IMG/VR virus record: IMGVR_UViG_2802429615_000001
Location: 1 to 23,542 of that record
Origin: a virus
Direction: 5' to 3' (one strand)
Length of the DNA stretch: 23,542 nt
In this document: positions 23,309-23,542 of the stretch, piece after piece
How the letters are laid out: each line of letters opens with the position of its first letter
Position numbering within the stretch: position 1 is the first letter of the stretch
Notes under the pieces: model-generated
What the model saw: only the letters and a program-made list of their open reading frames with translations
Databases searched by the model: none
Told to the model about the DNA's origin: nothing
Position numbers and translations under genes: made by a program

Positions 23309-23542
23309 TCAGTCACGGCGGTACACCTCCGTGGAGTCGGTGGCGTCGGGAGCATCTGGGTCGTGTTCGTGGACGGCGATGCGACCACAGCGGGCGCAGT
23401 CGACGTCGATCTCGGCAGGATACTCGTCCGGACTGTACGACCAGCAGAAGTGGCTCACCGCGTGACAACAGGCGCTGACGTACGGCTGGGCGGACTCGTT
23501 GATCGCTCGGCGTTGTGACTCCGCGAGCGGCGCCTCAGACAT
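23309..23542 (-). CDS. Small Cys-containing protein (77 aa; start at the window edge, may be longer)
   Basis: SACC...CARCG motifs. Confidence 0.5.
   Translation of the reverse strand: MSEAPLAESQRRAINESAQPYVSACCHAVSHFCWSYSPDEYPAEIDVDCARCGRIAVHEHDPDAPDATDSTEVYRRD

Larger units (their letters stand above)
1..23542 (-). mobile_element. Haloarchaeal tailed virus or provirus (Caudoviricetes, siphovirus-like); window is internal, no ends visible
   Basis: Canonical order terS-terL-portal-protease-MCP-connectors-tail tube-chaperone-TMP-distal tail on one strand, plus an MCM helicase. Acidic (D/E-rich) proteins, archaeal GGAGGTGA RBS motifs, no tail sheath gene. Confidence 0.95.

Noticed and set aside
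1-23542. Complete avoidance of CTAG as an anti-restriction signal
   Set aside because: Several CTAG sites are present (e.g. 601, 4885, 20526), and low CTAG frequency is general in haloarchaea. A proper k-mer count would be needed.

Overview
The window is a GC-rich (roughly 65-70% by eye) stretch with acidic proteins, typical of haloarchaea. It holds most of the genome of a tailed archaeal virus or provirus (class Caudoviricetes, HK97-type head, non-contractile siphovirus-like tail). Almost all real genes are on the minus strand and are chained by ATGA/GTGA/TGATG overlaps. Reading right to left: an AT-rich promoter/origin-like segment with TGTACA repeats; an RHH/coiled-coil protein and an MCM helicase; a run of small Zn-finger and HTH genes; a tRNA-Phe(GAA), a structured non-coding stretch and a degenerate tRNA; a tandem-HTH metallophosphoesterase; small membrane and Zn-finger genes; then terminase small and large subunits, portal (with a C-terminal KTSC domain), XkdF-type prohead protease/scaffold, major capsid protein, head-tail connector genes, tail tube, tail chaperone with a -1 slippery site, a short tape-measure-like protein, two distal tail proteins and a Gly-rich tail protein truncated at the left edge. 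Two plus-strand membrane-protein cassettes interrupt the structural operon: an apparently intact rhomboid protease and a 56-aa two-TM protein. No integrase, att site or DNA polymerase is visible, so virus versus provirus cannot be decided from this window. All family calls rest on motif recognition and gene order, not database searches.
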